Virus record (IMG/VR): IMGVR_UViG_3300049209_000010
Coordinates: 1 to 40,190 of that record
From: a virus
Taxonomy: Duplodnaviria; Caudoviricetes
Strand: one strand, 5' to 3'
DNA length: 40,190 nucleotides
How positions within the stretch are numbered: position 1 is the stretch's first letter; every line of letters begins with the position of its first letter. The notes below the pieces were generated by a model. That model saw only the letters and a list, made by a program, of their open reading frames with translations. It had not been told where the DNA came from and ran no database searches. Made by a program: the position numbers and the translations under genes. Shown here piece by piece: positions 26,768 to 35,373 of the stretch.

Positions 26768-27200
26768 CTAGGGCGTCCGCCGCCCGCTCATCCACCCCGC
26801 CAACGCTGGCAGAAGAATGCAGCTTGCAGGGCCAATGCGGATTACCCTCGCCAAACCGAACGCAGTTGCAGCCGGCTAGGCTCAACTCAGCAGGGCTGCG
26901 CGGATCGTCCTGATAGCTACATTTTTCCGGGTCGCCAGCGATGACAGGGGATGAGTTGAGGAAAACTAGCCAGTTATGCACCTGCTGCGACTCTTGCAGC
27001 TTTTCGGATTTGATCACCACGCGATAGCCGGCATCACCAGATTCGCAGGTTATGAAAGCGCTACCCAGAGCGGCAGGCACCACCCCGCTAGGCTTGTCTT
27101 TCGGATTACCGTCCGCATCCTCGTACTTCGCCAGGCGAGCGCGCAGCACTTCGCAGTTGTCGGCCGCCATTTCGATTCGGTCTTGGTCTGTAAGGCTCAT
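26760..27200 (-). CDS. Hypothetical protein
   Basis: AGGAG RBS; coupled to HNH gene. Confidence 0.65.
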   Translation of the reverse strand: MSLTDQDRIEMAADNCEVLRARLAKYEDADGNPKDKPSGVVPAALGSAFITCESGDAGYRVVIKSEKLQESQQVHNWLVFLNSSPVIAGDPEKCSYQDDPRSPAELSLAGCNCVRFGEGNPHWPCKLHSSASVGGVDERAADALDE

Positions 27201-27209
27201 GTGATTCTC

Positions 27210-27365
27210 CTAGGGCATCCGCCGCCAAATTTCCGCATCACTTAACTGTTCACGGCTCCGGTACATCGTGCCGCGTTCGATGTTTTCCAGCTCGCACAGG
27301 CCGGCGACTTCCATCACGACGCGATAGATAACGCCGCTGGATAAATGCTGATAGCGCTCGTTCAT
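27210..27365 (-). CDS. Hypothetical protein (51 aa)
   Basis: ATGA overlap at 27362-27365; start trimmed. Confidence 0.55.
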   Translation of the reverse strand: MNERYQHLSSGVIYRVVMEVAGLCELENIERGTMYRSREQLSDAEIWRRMP

Positions 27366-27550
27366 AGCCCGGCACCCGCAGACACCCAAGTCGCCACGAT
27401 CAGGCCGATGGACAGCGCTAGGACTGAAACACCGATCAGCGCCGCGATGAATGGATGGTCGCTCTCCCAATCGCTTGGCAGCCCTTCCTTCTGGCGTTTT
27501 ACGTGAAGCTCAATCTGCGCCGTGTTGGCTTTGGTCGCTTGCTGTCGCAT
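27362..27550 (-). CDS. Small membrane protein
   Basis: GAGGA RBS; C-terminal TM helix. Confidence 0.65.
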   Translation of the reverse strand: MRQQATKANTAQIELHVKRQKEGLPSDWESDHPFIAALIGVSVLALSIGLIVATWVSAGAGL

Positions 27551-27564
27551 GGCCGTGTCCTCGC

Positions 27565-27963
27565 TTAGTCGTTATCAACTTGCATCGACTTGAGACCCTG
27601 AACAATGTGCAAGGCAAGAGTCATGTATTGATCGATCTGATTTTCTGTTGGTGCGTTATCTCTGTATTCTCGGATTGCCTCTAGCGTGTCGCAGCCAGAG
27701 CAAGACCCATAGCCGACCTTAACAAACCAGTAGTCATCAGGCTGGTAGCCATGCGCGGCAATTACAAAAACCAACGTGCCTTGATAGTCGCCATCATCAA
27801 TCTGGTGAATCCGATCAGCATCAGGATCTGCATAGCCATCGCCGACAATGCTCTGTATGACTGCTCTTACGATTGCTTTGTAGTCGTCAGGGTGGCCAGC
27901 GGCAAAAACGGCGCGAAGCTGCGGTTTGTTCTGCATAAAGCGGTCTACGAATTTGCTGATCAT
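27565..27963 (-). CDS. Hypothetical protein
   Basis: AGGAG RBS; IDDGDYQGTL..YGSCSGCDTL. Confidence 0.8.
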   Translation of the reverse strand: MISKFVDRFMQNKPQLRAVFAAGHPDDYKAIVRAVIQSIVGDGYADPDADRIHQIDDGDYQGTLVFVIAAHGYQPDDYWFVKVGYGSCSGCDTLEAIREYRDNAPTENQIDQYMTLALHIVQGLKSMQVDND

Positions 27964-27975
27964 CTTTTGTCTCCT

Positions 27976-28026
27976 GCGTTGTTCGTTTTGATGTAGAAAC
28001 TATACACCGTGACATTGTGGCGTGAC
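27976..28026 (-). promoter_or_regulatory. Internal promoter with GTCACG direct repeat and 18-nt leader shared with pL
   Basis: Minus strand GTCACG-ccacaat-GTCACG-gtg-TATAGT, then CATCAAAACGAACAACGC-AGGAG. Confidence 0.6.
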
Positions 28027-28037
28027 TTGGTACTTTC

Positions 28038-28286
28038 TCAAGTTAACGCCGTCAAAGATGAAAGCTGCTCAAGGTCTAGCCGGTGAGCGCCGTGGATCAA
28101 CCGAGTCAACAGGTCTTGCGCCTCCTCGATCTCAAGCACGGCCATAAGCTCTATCAGCTTGGCGTCGGTTGCCTTGTACAAATCAAGCGTGATTCGACGG
28201 CTCAGAAGGCGCGCCAGCCTTTCCTCTTCGGCCAGCTTGTCGCGCTCTCTCTGTTCCTGCTTTCTCACTGCGGCTGACTTGGCCAT
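28038..28286 (-). CDS. Small basic putative DNA-binding (RHH-like) protein
   Basis: MAKSAAVRKQEQRER..RITLDLY..helix-helix pattern; start trimmed. Confidence 0.6.
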   Translation of the reverse strand: MAKSAAVRKQEQRERDKLAEEERLARLLSRRITLDLYKATDAKLIELMAVLEIEEAQDLLTRLIHGAHRLDLEQLSSLTALT

Positions 28287-28744
28287 CACGCCGCCTCCTT
28301 CTGCTGTTGCCACGCGCCTACAGCTTCAAACAGCTTATAAGCCTGCGCCTCGTCAATCGTCACGTCGTCAGGGACTGCCAGCCAACCGCTACCAACCAAG
28401 TGCGCCGGGTTGCAACTTGATACCAGCGCCTTGTAAGTCTGCTCAATAACGTCTGTCAGGTGCGCAGCCAGGTAAACGCCTTGCGGCGCTATCTCTTCTG
28501 ACTTCGTGTAGCGGTTTCCCGCCTGATCAACGCACAGGCCGCTGAGATATATAGTCCAGCGGTGCGCGTAGTCGCACATAGCCGCAGCCACCTTTGGGCC
28601 TGGCGGAACATTCTTGCAGTTCACCCAATTGATCATGCCTTGCTTGCCGCTCGGATCAATATTGATAACCGCTACGTGATTTGTGCGCAGTACCGCAGAC
28701 AGTGAGCGCTGCATGCGGGCCTGCATGTTGTTTGGCTTTCTCAT
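28286..28744 (-). CDS. Hypothetical phage protein
   Basis: Coupled both sides; start trimmed to MRKPNNM. Confidence 0.75.
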   Translation of the reverse strand: MRKPNNMQARMQRSLSAVLRTNHVAVINIDPSGKQGMINWVNCKNVPPGPKVAAAMCDYAHRWTIYLSGLCVDQAGNRYTKSEEIAPQGVYLAAHLTDVIEQTYKALVSSCNPAHLVGSGWLAVPDDVTIDEAQAYKLFEAVGAWQQQKEAA

Positions 28745-29058
28745 TGGCCCAACTCCTCTAGAGCCATGTTCAAATATGTCTCCGTATCGGCTTGGTCTTC
28801 CGCTGCCATGGCTTTTCGGATCAATGATCCGGCTTCTTCCATGGCGCGCCACTGATTCTCATAGTCGCTTGCCTCTTCCTCTAAGCGCTCAATCTCAGAC
28901 TCACGCTCGCTCAGTTCGCGTTCAAGCCTTTCAATCTGCGCGATGTAGCCCGCTGAGTAGCGAGTATTGCGGCGCGCAAGTTCCTCAGCTGCATCCTGAT
29001 CAAAGTGCGCGTAGTGGGTTACTTCTTCGTCTGTCAGTGCAAGAAGTGGAAGCGACAT
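28741..29058 (-). CDS. Hypothetical coiled-coil protein
   Basis: Coupled ORF, Glu-rich heptads. Confidence 0.7.
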   Translation of the reverse strand: MSLPLLALTDEEVTHYAHFDQDAAEELARRNTRYSAGYIAQIERLERELSERESEIERLEEEASDYENQWRAMEEAGSLIRKAMAAEDQADTETYLNMALEELGQ

Positions 29059-29061
29059 GGT

Positions 29062-29448
29062 TCAACCCTCAAGATTGGTAGATGGGCCGCGCTTAATGCC
29101 GTAGTCATAGACCAAGCGCATGATGTATTTAACGGTCATCTTCGGCGTGAAATCGGCCTGATCTGCGATATCGGCAAAGCTCAAGCCTTTGCCGGCCAGT
29201 TCTCGGATAGCGGCAAGCTTCTGTTGCTTGATCACCATGTTCGCGCGCGGCTTCTTAGGCCCTGGCGCACGCTTTGGCTTGGCCTCCGGTCTCGGCTTGC
29301 CTGGAACATGGATGGTGAATCCAGGAATTGGCGCGCATCCAATGCGGATGGGCAGCGTCTCAACCTTGCCGAACTGCGCTTCGAACTCTGCCATCTGTGC
29401 TGCCAGCTCAGAGCGGATCGGGTCGCGCGCTTGGATTTCAGCGATCAT
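29062..29448 (-). CDS. Hypothetical protein with C-terminal HTH-like segment
   Basis: IRELAGKGLSFADIA. Confidence 0.7.
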   Translation of the reverse strand: MIAEIQARDPIRSELAAQMAEFEAQFGKVETLPIRIGCAPIPGFTIHVPGKPRPEAKPKRAPGPKKPRANMVIKQQKLAAIRELAGKGLSFADIADQADFTPKMTVKYIMRLVYDYGIKRGPSTNLEG

Positions 29449-29633
29449 TTTGCACCAGCCATTTCGAGTTCCTTGGTTATCGTTTGCACCTGGCCACGCA
29501 GGTTCAAGATTGTCTTTTCCGCGCGCCCGCGCACTTCCGGCTCCATCTGGTTTAGCCGGTTTGTTAGCAGTGCGATGCTTTTACGAATGGCATCCCGATT
29601 GACCTGATGCTGCTCAACTGTGAAGTAATCCAT
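29445..29633 (-). CDS. Hypothetical protein
   Basis: Coupled ORF with GGAGGG upstream. Confidence 0.6.
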   Translation of the reverse strand: MDYFTVEQHQVNRDAIRKSIALLTNRLNQMEPEVRGRAEKTILNLRGQVQTITKELEMAGAK

Positions 29634-29636
29634 GGT

Positions 29637-29999
29637 CTATCCCTCCGTTGTTTCGGCCTGGCGCTGACGAATGAAGCGCTTGACCGCTGATACATACTTG
29701 CGCCCACATGGGAGCGGCTCTGCATGGCCTACAAGAAACGCAACGCCTTCCATGCGATCTTTGTAGCTCTCGACTCGCAAGAGCGCATCACGCGCGACCA
29801 GGGCGGCCCTGTTGACCTGAATGAATCTATCGGCAAGCTCAACAGCCAAAGTCCGCAGGCTGTCGGTTATCAGCAGTTGTCGGCCGTCACGCTGATGGCA
29901 GACGGTGTACTTCTGCTGGCTTTCAAACCGGATAATGTCGGCGACTTGCCACACTACTGGCTTGCCTAGGTGCAGGGCTTTGACTGTTGAGCGTTTCAT
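29637..29999 (-). CDS. Stand-alone LytTR DNA-binding domain protein
   Basis: DIIRFESQQKYT, SLRTL, FIQVNRAALV, LPCGRKY. Confidence 0.85.
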   Translation of the reverse strand: MKRSTVKALHLGKPVVWQVADIIRFESQQKYTVCHQRDGRQLLITDSLRTLAVELADRFIQVNRAALVARDALLRVESYKDRMEGVAFLVGHAEPLPCGRKYVSAVKRFIRQRQAETTEG

Positions 30000-30622
30000 G
30001 TCGCCATCCGCTGCCGCATATCGGCCTCAAGCTCTGCCAGTTCAGCCAGGAACTCGGTTACACCCTTTTCCATTTCACGAATGCGCGGCTCGTCGCGTTG
30101 GTAGCGGTGGCAAACGTACTGCAATGACTCTGGCAGGCGGTCGTCGAAGCTCACAAAGTCAACCCACTCCAGTTCCGCGCACGCCATCTGCGCCAGCATT
30201 TGCCACTCATATTGGCTGTCATGCTTGCCTGCGCGCATAACCGCGATGTGCTGCGCCGTGTTAGGGCATTTGATTTCCAGGCCGCCGCGCCCTGTAGGCA
30301 ACAGAATCACGCCGTCTGGCGAGGCTGCGAAGTTGGCGATCTTCGGGTGCTGGATCAATCCGACTTCCTCAACCGCGCAATCCTGCATCAGTTCATAGGC
30401 AAGTCGTGCGACCGGCTCAAGTTCAGTGCCTCGCGCCATGGCGGCATTGGTGTAGCCTTCTTCCCATGTGCCTGTCAGTCGCTCGCACAGCAGTTGCATC
30501 ATGTAGTTGGTACGGGTGGCAGAAGGCGCACCACTGCGCCCGCTGGCCATCACGTCTTTAACCTTGCTGGCTGTCACTTGGCCAAGCCTGGCATTGCGCC
30601 AGCTTTCAGTTAGCTGTTCCAT
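29996..30622 (-). CDS. Lambda-type (YqaJ) exonuclease
   Basis: MEQ.TE.W..ARLG.VTAS, GTELEP.AR, ASPDG, LEIKCP. Confidence 0.93.
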   Translation of the reverse strand: MEQLTESWRNARLGQVTASKVKDVMASGRSGAPSATRTNYMMQLLCERLTGTWEEGYTNAAMARGTELEPVARLAYELMQDCAVEEVGLIQHPKIANFAASPDGVILLPTGRGGLEIKCPNTAQHIAVMRAGKHDSQYEWQMLAQMACAELEWVDFVSFDDRLPESLQYVCHRYQRDEPRIREMEKGVTEFLAELAELEADMRQRMAT

Positions 30623-31526
30623 TATCCACCTCGCCTTCAATCGGTTCCTGTTGTGTGGTTAATGCGGCCTTGCGCTGCTCTACGGCCTTCTTTAGCGCTG
30701 CGAATGCGTGAACATCCATGGCAGCCTGCATTTCTGCCTTGCCGGCCAGCCAGACGCTTTGCAGGGCTTCCAGTGATTCGCTGTTGACTACCTGGGTAAT
30801 CCACTTGTCTGCCAGATCGCCGCCCGGTTGCGTCCCCGCCATGGTCGCCAAGCCTTCGCCGCTGTCGGTGTTCAGGTGATGGATGGCCTTGTCTAGCCGC
30901 TCGGTCTTAGGCCAATACTTGTAGGCGCGTTTAACGACCGTCTTCTTGGCCATCTCGCCATAGTCGGTTTTCCATGGTGAAGTCTTGCCAGACTTAACCG
31001 ACTGCGAGCGATTCATGATCCCGTCAATATCCTCACGGCTCATGCAAGTAGTCAGGTAGTCGCCATCGGCTGTTTTAACGACCACATAGCAGCCGACCAC
31101 TTCGCCGCGATCCTTGGCGAACGGGTTGTAGGTGTGCGTAGGCGGACGGTCGAAGCCATTAAGCGCGAAACTGTCCAGGCCATACACAAGCTCAGCTTGC
31201 GCCCACTTGATTGAGCCTGTGGCCATGGCCAAATCCATCAGGCCCATATAGCTGATATCCAGGCAGATTCGGCCATCGCGAGGCACCAGATACGCCTGGC
31301 GCTTTGCCGGGTTCAAGCTGATGCCAATTGCCGCGATGTTGGTCACGGCATTAACGACAGACTGTCGATTGCCCATCGCAATCTTGGCGGCAAAGTCGTT
31401 GCTATGAAAAGTCTGCAAGGCAAAGCCGGCCTCGCGCTCAAAGTTCAAAGCAGGATCAGTCAGCACAGACGCAAACGAATTGCGCGCGCCGTAAATGTCC
31501 TGTTCGATGATGGCAATATTCGACAT
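30606..31526 (-). CDS. recT: RecT-family ssDNA annealing protein
   Basis: GISLNPAKRQAYLVPR, ISYMGL, PWKTDYGEMAKKTVVKRAYKYWP. Confidence 0.93.
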   Translation of the reverse strand: MSNIAIIEQDIYGARNSFASVLTDPALNFEREAGFALQTFHSNDFAAKIAMGNRQSVVNAVTNIAAIGISLNPAKRQAYLVPRDGRICLDISYMGLMDLAMATGSIKWAQAELVYGLDSFALNGFDRPPTHTYNPFAKDRGEVVGCYVVVKTADGDYLTTCMSREDIDGIMNRSQSVKSGKTSPWKTDYGEMAKKTVVKRAYKYWPKTERLDKAIHHLNTDSGEGLATMAGTQPGGDLADKWITQVVNSESLEALQSVWLAGKAEMQAAMDVHAFAALKKAVEQRKAALTTQQEPIEGEVDNGTAN

Positions 31527-31533
31527 GGTGGCC

Positions 31534-32682
31534 TCAGTATTTTATCGAAACGGCTGGAACGGTGCCGGCAGCAATCATCTTGACGATTGCTTTCGCCTGC
31601 TCTTCGGTGACGCCGGTTTTCTGAATTGCTTCCTTAGCCGCTTTCAGGATTGCGCCCTTGTGCGCGCGGTCGGCCTCGCGTGCTTTGGCTTCTGCCTCCA
31701 GGCGTGCGGCTTCGTCGGCTTGTCGCTGGCGCTCGGCTTGCTCGGCGCGCTCTACGGCTTCGGCTTGGCGGCGCACTGCTTCAATGCGGTCAAGCTCTGC
31801 CTGTTTTTCTGCTGCAATGCGGCGCTGCTCGGCAAGCTCTGCGTTTAACCGCGCCTGTTCGGCTGCTGCCTCCGCATCGCGCTTTTGCTGTTCGGCCTGA
31901 CGCTGCTGCTGGGCGGCCTGTTCAATAAGTTCAGCCTCGCGCCGCTTGGCTGCTGCCTCCGCTTCTGCTGCTTCGCGCGCCACGTTCTCGCGATACGCCT
32001 GCGCCTTGGCTTCGGCTTCGCGCTGCGCTTGCTCTGCCGCCTCGCGGGCAATGCGCTCTTCGCGTTCTTTCTGCTCACGCACAGCCTGCTCAGCCTGGAA
32101 CTTGGCAATGGCTGCCAGCTCTGCTTCGTGCTTCTCGCGGATCGCCAGGGCGTCACGCAATGCGGTAAGCGCCTTGTCCTTTACGCGCGCTGCCTCGGCT
32201 TCGTACTCTTCCCAATGCTCGCCAATGATCGTCCCTTCAAGGGTGGCGATATTCTCTTTCAGCTCGGCCGCATCAAGATCGCGGCACTCAAGACGCAATT
32301 TCATGTAATCAATGTTCGCCTGATGGCGAGCAACGCGCGCGGCCTCTTCGGCCTCCCATGCAGTCAAAGGTGCGCGCACCTCGTCTTTCCAGCTGTCTAG
32401 CAAGTCACGCATGCGCTTGCGCTCTGCATCGATCTTGGCCGGCACAGCTTTAAGCTCTGCGACAAGCTCTTTTCCTACGGTATCCAGCGCGGTTTTAGAC
32501 TGAGCCACCTTGTAAGCGATGGACGCAATCTCTTTTCGGCCCTTGGCGGTTGAGACGTCAGGCACAAAGCTTTCAATCTCTGCGCGAATTTTTGCCAGGT
32601 ACGGGTCAAGCCCTTGCTCCGCGCTGAACACTTGCAAGGCGTTCTCTTTGGCTACGGTTACGACTTCGGTTGCTGCTGTCAT
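31534..32682 (-). CDS. Long coiled-coil (TolA-like annotated) phage protein
   Basis: PDVSTAKGRKEIASIAYKVA.SKT.LD..GK; E/A/R-rich helix; GGAG RBS before ATG 32682. Confidence 0.85.
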   Translation of the reverse strand: MTAATEVVTVAKENALQVFSAEQGLDPYLAKIRAEIESFVPDVSTAKGRKEIASIAYKVAQSKTALDTVGKELVAELKAVPAKIDAERKRMRDLLDSWKDEVRAPLTAWEAEEAARVARHQANIDYMKLRLECRDLDAAELKENIATLEGTIIGEHWEEYEAEAARVKDKALTALRDALAIREKHEAELAAIAKFQAEQAVREQKEREERIAREAAEQAQREAEAKAQAYRENVAREAAEAEAAAKRREAELIEQAAQQQRQAEQQKRDAEAAAEQARLNAELAEQRRIAAEKQAELDRIEAVRRQAEAVERAEQAERQRQADEAARLEAEAKAREADRAHKGAILKAAKEAIQKTGVTEEQAKAIVKMIAAGTVPAVSIKY

Positions 32683-32685
32683 GTG

Positions 32686-32850
32686 AATCTCCAGAAAACA
32701 AAAAGCCCGCAATGGTCGAACACCTTTTTGAGACTTCCCCTGTGGCCCGACCATAGCGGGGAGGCTAAAGGTCACAGGGTAGGAAAGGTGCTCGCCGTTG
32801 CGGGCTGCCCCTCTAGGTCTCTGCTTGCGTCCGGGTCTCAAGCCTTCGGC
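32686..32850 (-). ncRNA. Structured leader / C4-like antisense switch before recombination operon
   Basis: ~103-nt interrupted hairpin 32806-32704 with U tract; internal segments complementary to upstream sites and to RBS. Confidence 0.6.
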
Positions 32851-32856
32851 ACGGTC

Positions 32857-32884
32857 ATTATGGCCGCCTGCGCCATTCCGTCAA
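32857..32884 (-). promoter_or_regulatory. Sigma70 promoter for that leader
   Basis: TTGACG-16-CATAAT on minus strand. Confidence 0.7.
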
Positions 32885-32901
32885 GCTGTACATGCAGACA
32901 G

Positions 32902-33129
32902 TCAGTCCTGTGGCGGCTCTGGCATGGCCTGCCAATGGGTTATGTGGTCTGGACGAATGTCGCCATAAGTATTCCACGACGCCCAAGGCTTTCCGCCTCC
33001 GTGGCCGCGATCAAAACGAACGGCGCGGACTCGCTCACCATCGCTCACCAGATAATCGACGGACTCAAACACAATGCTTGCGTCAGGCTTAGCCGGCAAC
33101 CGCTCACTGCACTTTATCCACTCACCCAT
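32902..33129 (-). CDS. DUF551 family protein
   Basis: WIKCSERLP ... ITHWQAMPEPP. Confidence 0.88.
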   Translation of the reverse strand: MGEWIKCSERLPAKPDASIVFESVDYLVSDGERVRAVRFDRGHGGGKPWASWNTYGDIRPDHITHWQAMPEPPQD

Positions 33130-33140
33130 AGATCACCTCG

Positions 33141-33551
33141 TTATTGACTAATCAGTTCGGACGGCACGCTCACAACGTCGCCTAGTTTGGCTGCGACGAT
33201 TGCCCGGCAGGCGGCGATGAGTGGGGTTCCGCCCATAGCATCCGGCTCTTGCATGTATGTCACAGGCCCGACAATTGCACTCCATCCTGGGAACGAGTCC
33301 TGATTCACGCCGTACTCTATGCTGACTGTGTATTTCTCAATCAGCGCGCCTCCCTGCGCCCAGTCGGTGGAAGGAGAATAAGTAAGCGTTCGCGGGCTAT
33401 CTTCCGTTTCAGGTTCGCAGAATCGAATATCAAGCGTTCCGTCAGTAAAATGCCACACCTGCAAGCCATATACCGAGTCTACGCTGCCAACAGCCCAATC
33501 CAGTGCCGGGCCAGATAAATCAGCCGTTTTCACTTCGGTCATGTCAGTCAT
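33141..33551 (-). CDS. NinX (DUF2591) family protein
   Basis: VKTADLSGPALDWAV, YSPSTDWAQGGALIEK, TPLIAACRAIV. Confidence 0.85.
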   Translation of the reverse strand: MTDMTEVKTADLSGPALDWAVGSVDSVYGLQVWHFTDGTLDIRFCEPETEDSPRTLTYSPSTDWAQGGALIEKYTVSIEYGVNQDSFPGWSAIVGPVTYMQEPDAMGGTPLIAACRAIVAAKLGDVVSVPSELISQ

Positions 33552-33879
33552 AGGTCACATCCCTTGCAGGCAAACAAGGCGTGATAGATATCGCGCACAT
33601 CGACGGGTCATTGATCAACCCATCTATGCCGACTACCGGCGCAACGAACAACGCCGCATGCTTCTTCTCGCGCAATTCCCGCCGCCTAACCTGCACAGCG
33701 TTTTCAATCGTCTTGCGCCAGTAGCCTAGGCGCACGTCATCCAGCAGATCGACCGGGTAATAAGCCTCAACCATCCCCAGCGCAAAGTCACTGCTCGGGC
33801 ACTGCGAGCGGCTGATTGCGTCTACCTGTGCGCGGAGTACCTTTTCTGCGGTGGCGCGCTGCCATTCTAGATTGCTCAT
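33544..33879 (-). CDS. Hypothetical protein
   Basis: Coupled ORF. Confidence 0.65.
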   Translation of the reverse strand: MSNLEWQRATAEKVLRAQVDAISRSQCPSSDFALGMVEAYYPVDLLDDVRLGYWRKTIENAVQVRRRELREKKHAALFVAPVVGIDGLINDPSMCAISITPCLPARDVTYD

Positions 33880-34148
33880 TATTCGTCATCCTTTGCGCAG
33901 GCATACATGCTGTATTCGTGGTAGGAAGGCGATTCGTTATCACGCCAGGTGCGGGCCTCAATATCCACAATGCCGTTCGTCCACACAGTTAAGATTGGCC
34001 CATACATCGGATCACTCTGAGTTCGCGCCAGTTGAAACTCTTTGCGCGGGCTGTTGGCCAGGCTACCGGCCATGCTGTGAACCATGACCAGCAGGCGATA
34101 GACTTCTCCGCCGTCATTGCTGTTTGCCTTGATCGTTTCAATGGTCAT
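33879..34148 (-). CDS. Hypothetical protein
   Basis: GAGGTG RBS; coupled. Confidence 0.65.
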   Translation of the reverse strand: MTIETIKANSNDGGEVYRLLVMVHSMAGSLANSPRKEFQLARTQSDPMYGPILTVWTNGIVDIEARTWRDNESPSYHEYSMYACAKDDE

Positions 34149-34429
34149 GCTTCACCTCGGGCTTTAGCAATTGCTGCGGTTGCTTTTTCGTGCCAGTCGT
34201 AGCCGAAAGTATCTTTTATCAAGCGACTGCCGAGCATGCTGATTGCCTCGTCAAGAGCCTCCAGCAACTCTGGAGCGGCTGAAATTAAGTGCGCATCGGC
34301 TTCTTCGTACACAAAGTCAACGACCTGCTCTTGATCTTCGTTGTAGTCAATGGCGTAACCTATCTGGCCTTTAAATCCAGCACCGCCAACCTTGCGAGCT
34401 TTCCACGGCTTTGGTGTGTGCATATTCAT
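34145..34429 (-). CDS. Hypothetical protein
   Basis: HTPKPW ... ADAHLISAAPELLEAL ... AAIAKARG common phage early-gene motif. Confidence 0.8.
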   Translation of the reverse strand: MNMHTPKPWKARKVGGAGFKGQIGYAIDYNEDQEQVVDFVYEEADAHLISAAPELLEALDEAISMLGSRLIKDTFGYDWHEKATAAIAKARGEA

Positions 34430-34785
34430 CAGTAACCTCCCGAATTGAGTTCCCGCTGCAAGTCAGCCAGCAGATGCCGGTCATGCTCGCTGGCATCATC
34501 CAGGCCGCTAGCCCGCGCTGCTGCGAAGGGTTTGCGCTGGGCGTCTATGTGGCGTTCGATCTTGGCCAGGGCCTCGCCTAGTTCTGGCGCTCCAGTGCGC
34601 AGGCAGGCTGCTAGAACGGCAGTCCACTGCTCGCGATCCGTTTCAATGATCGATAGGAACAAAGCCTCAGTCAGCGCTCCCGCATCAATGTGGCCAGCCG
34701 CGAACTCTGAATACTGCTCCAGCGTCGGCTCATGCCCATCATCCAGCGCCTGCAATACTGATTCTTCGATTTCACTTGGTAGCAT
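34429..34785 (-). CDS. Hypothetical protein
   Basis: GAGGA RBS; coupled. Confidence 0.7.
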   Translation of the reverse strand: MLPSEIEESVLQALDDGHEPTLEQYSEFAAGHIDAGALTEALFLSIIETDREQWTAVLAACLRTGAPELGEALAKIERHIDAQRKPFAAARASGLDDASEHDRHLLADLQRELNSGGY

Positions 34786-34827
34786 GGTTCATCCTCGGTA
34801 ATGCCCCAGTCAGCTGGGGCGGAGTTG

Positions 34828-35247
34828 TTAAGGTTTGAAAACAACCACGGCGGAAGGGAATGGCGCGTTGTTTTTGTGTCCGCCAAACTTCAAGCGACCC
34901 CGGATAAATTCGACATCTCCTTTGACGGCGTAGTCGTGCCACCAGGCTGTATCTGTTCGCGCTGGCACCAGGCAAACAACTGTTGCTCCGTTTAACGATG
35001 ATTCGTAAGCCTTCCGCATCCAGTGTTTGATGGATCGACCGTAGGGCGGATTCATCCAGCAGCAGCCCTCCCATTTTTGAGCCAATCCGTTCATCTGCTC
35101 CGTGTAATAAACAGCGCACTTTGCATTTTCTGATGATGCGCAAACGTCTGTTTTGAAATCAAAAATAGCATTGTACTTGTCGAAAAAGTCTTGAGGTGTT
35201 GCCCACATTTCCGTCGCGCTACTGAAATGCACATCCATCTTTGACAT
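34828..35247 (-). CDS. Phage DNA N6-adenine methyltransferase (Dam family)
   Basis: WATPQ, DVCAS, WMNPPY catalytic motif, LVPARTDTAWW, RGRLKF, APFPS. Confidence 0.92.
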   Translation of the reverse strand: MSKMDVHFSSATEMWATPQDFFDKYNAIFDFKTDVCASSENAKCAVYYTEQMNGLAQKWEGCCWMNPPYGRSIKHWMRKAYESSLNGATVVCLVPARTDTAWWHDYAVKGDVEFIRGRLKFGGHKNNAPFPSAVVVFKP

Positions 35248-35286
35248 CTTCTTGCCCTCCGGGGCGTTGTTCGTTTCGATGGGTGA

Positions 35287-35347
35287 ATCATGGCATCACA
35301 TTTAATATCCGTCAACTACTTGCTTAAAAATAATTTAAGGTTATGAT
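35287..35347. promoter_or_regulatory. Back-to-back early promoters (pL/pR-like)
   Basis: Left: TTGACG(35315-35310)-17-TG.CATGAT(35292-35287); right: TTGCTT(35320-35325)-16-TATGAT(35342-35347). Confidence 0.75.
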
Positions 35348-35373
35348 TGCTGAAACCTAAACCGGAGGCAGCA

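Noticed and set aside
32683-32841. 53-aa N-terminal extension of the coiled-coil ORF
   Set aside because: Runs through the structured leader from a TTG; GGAG RBS supports ATG 32682
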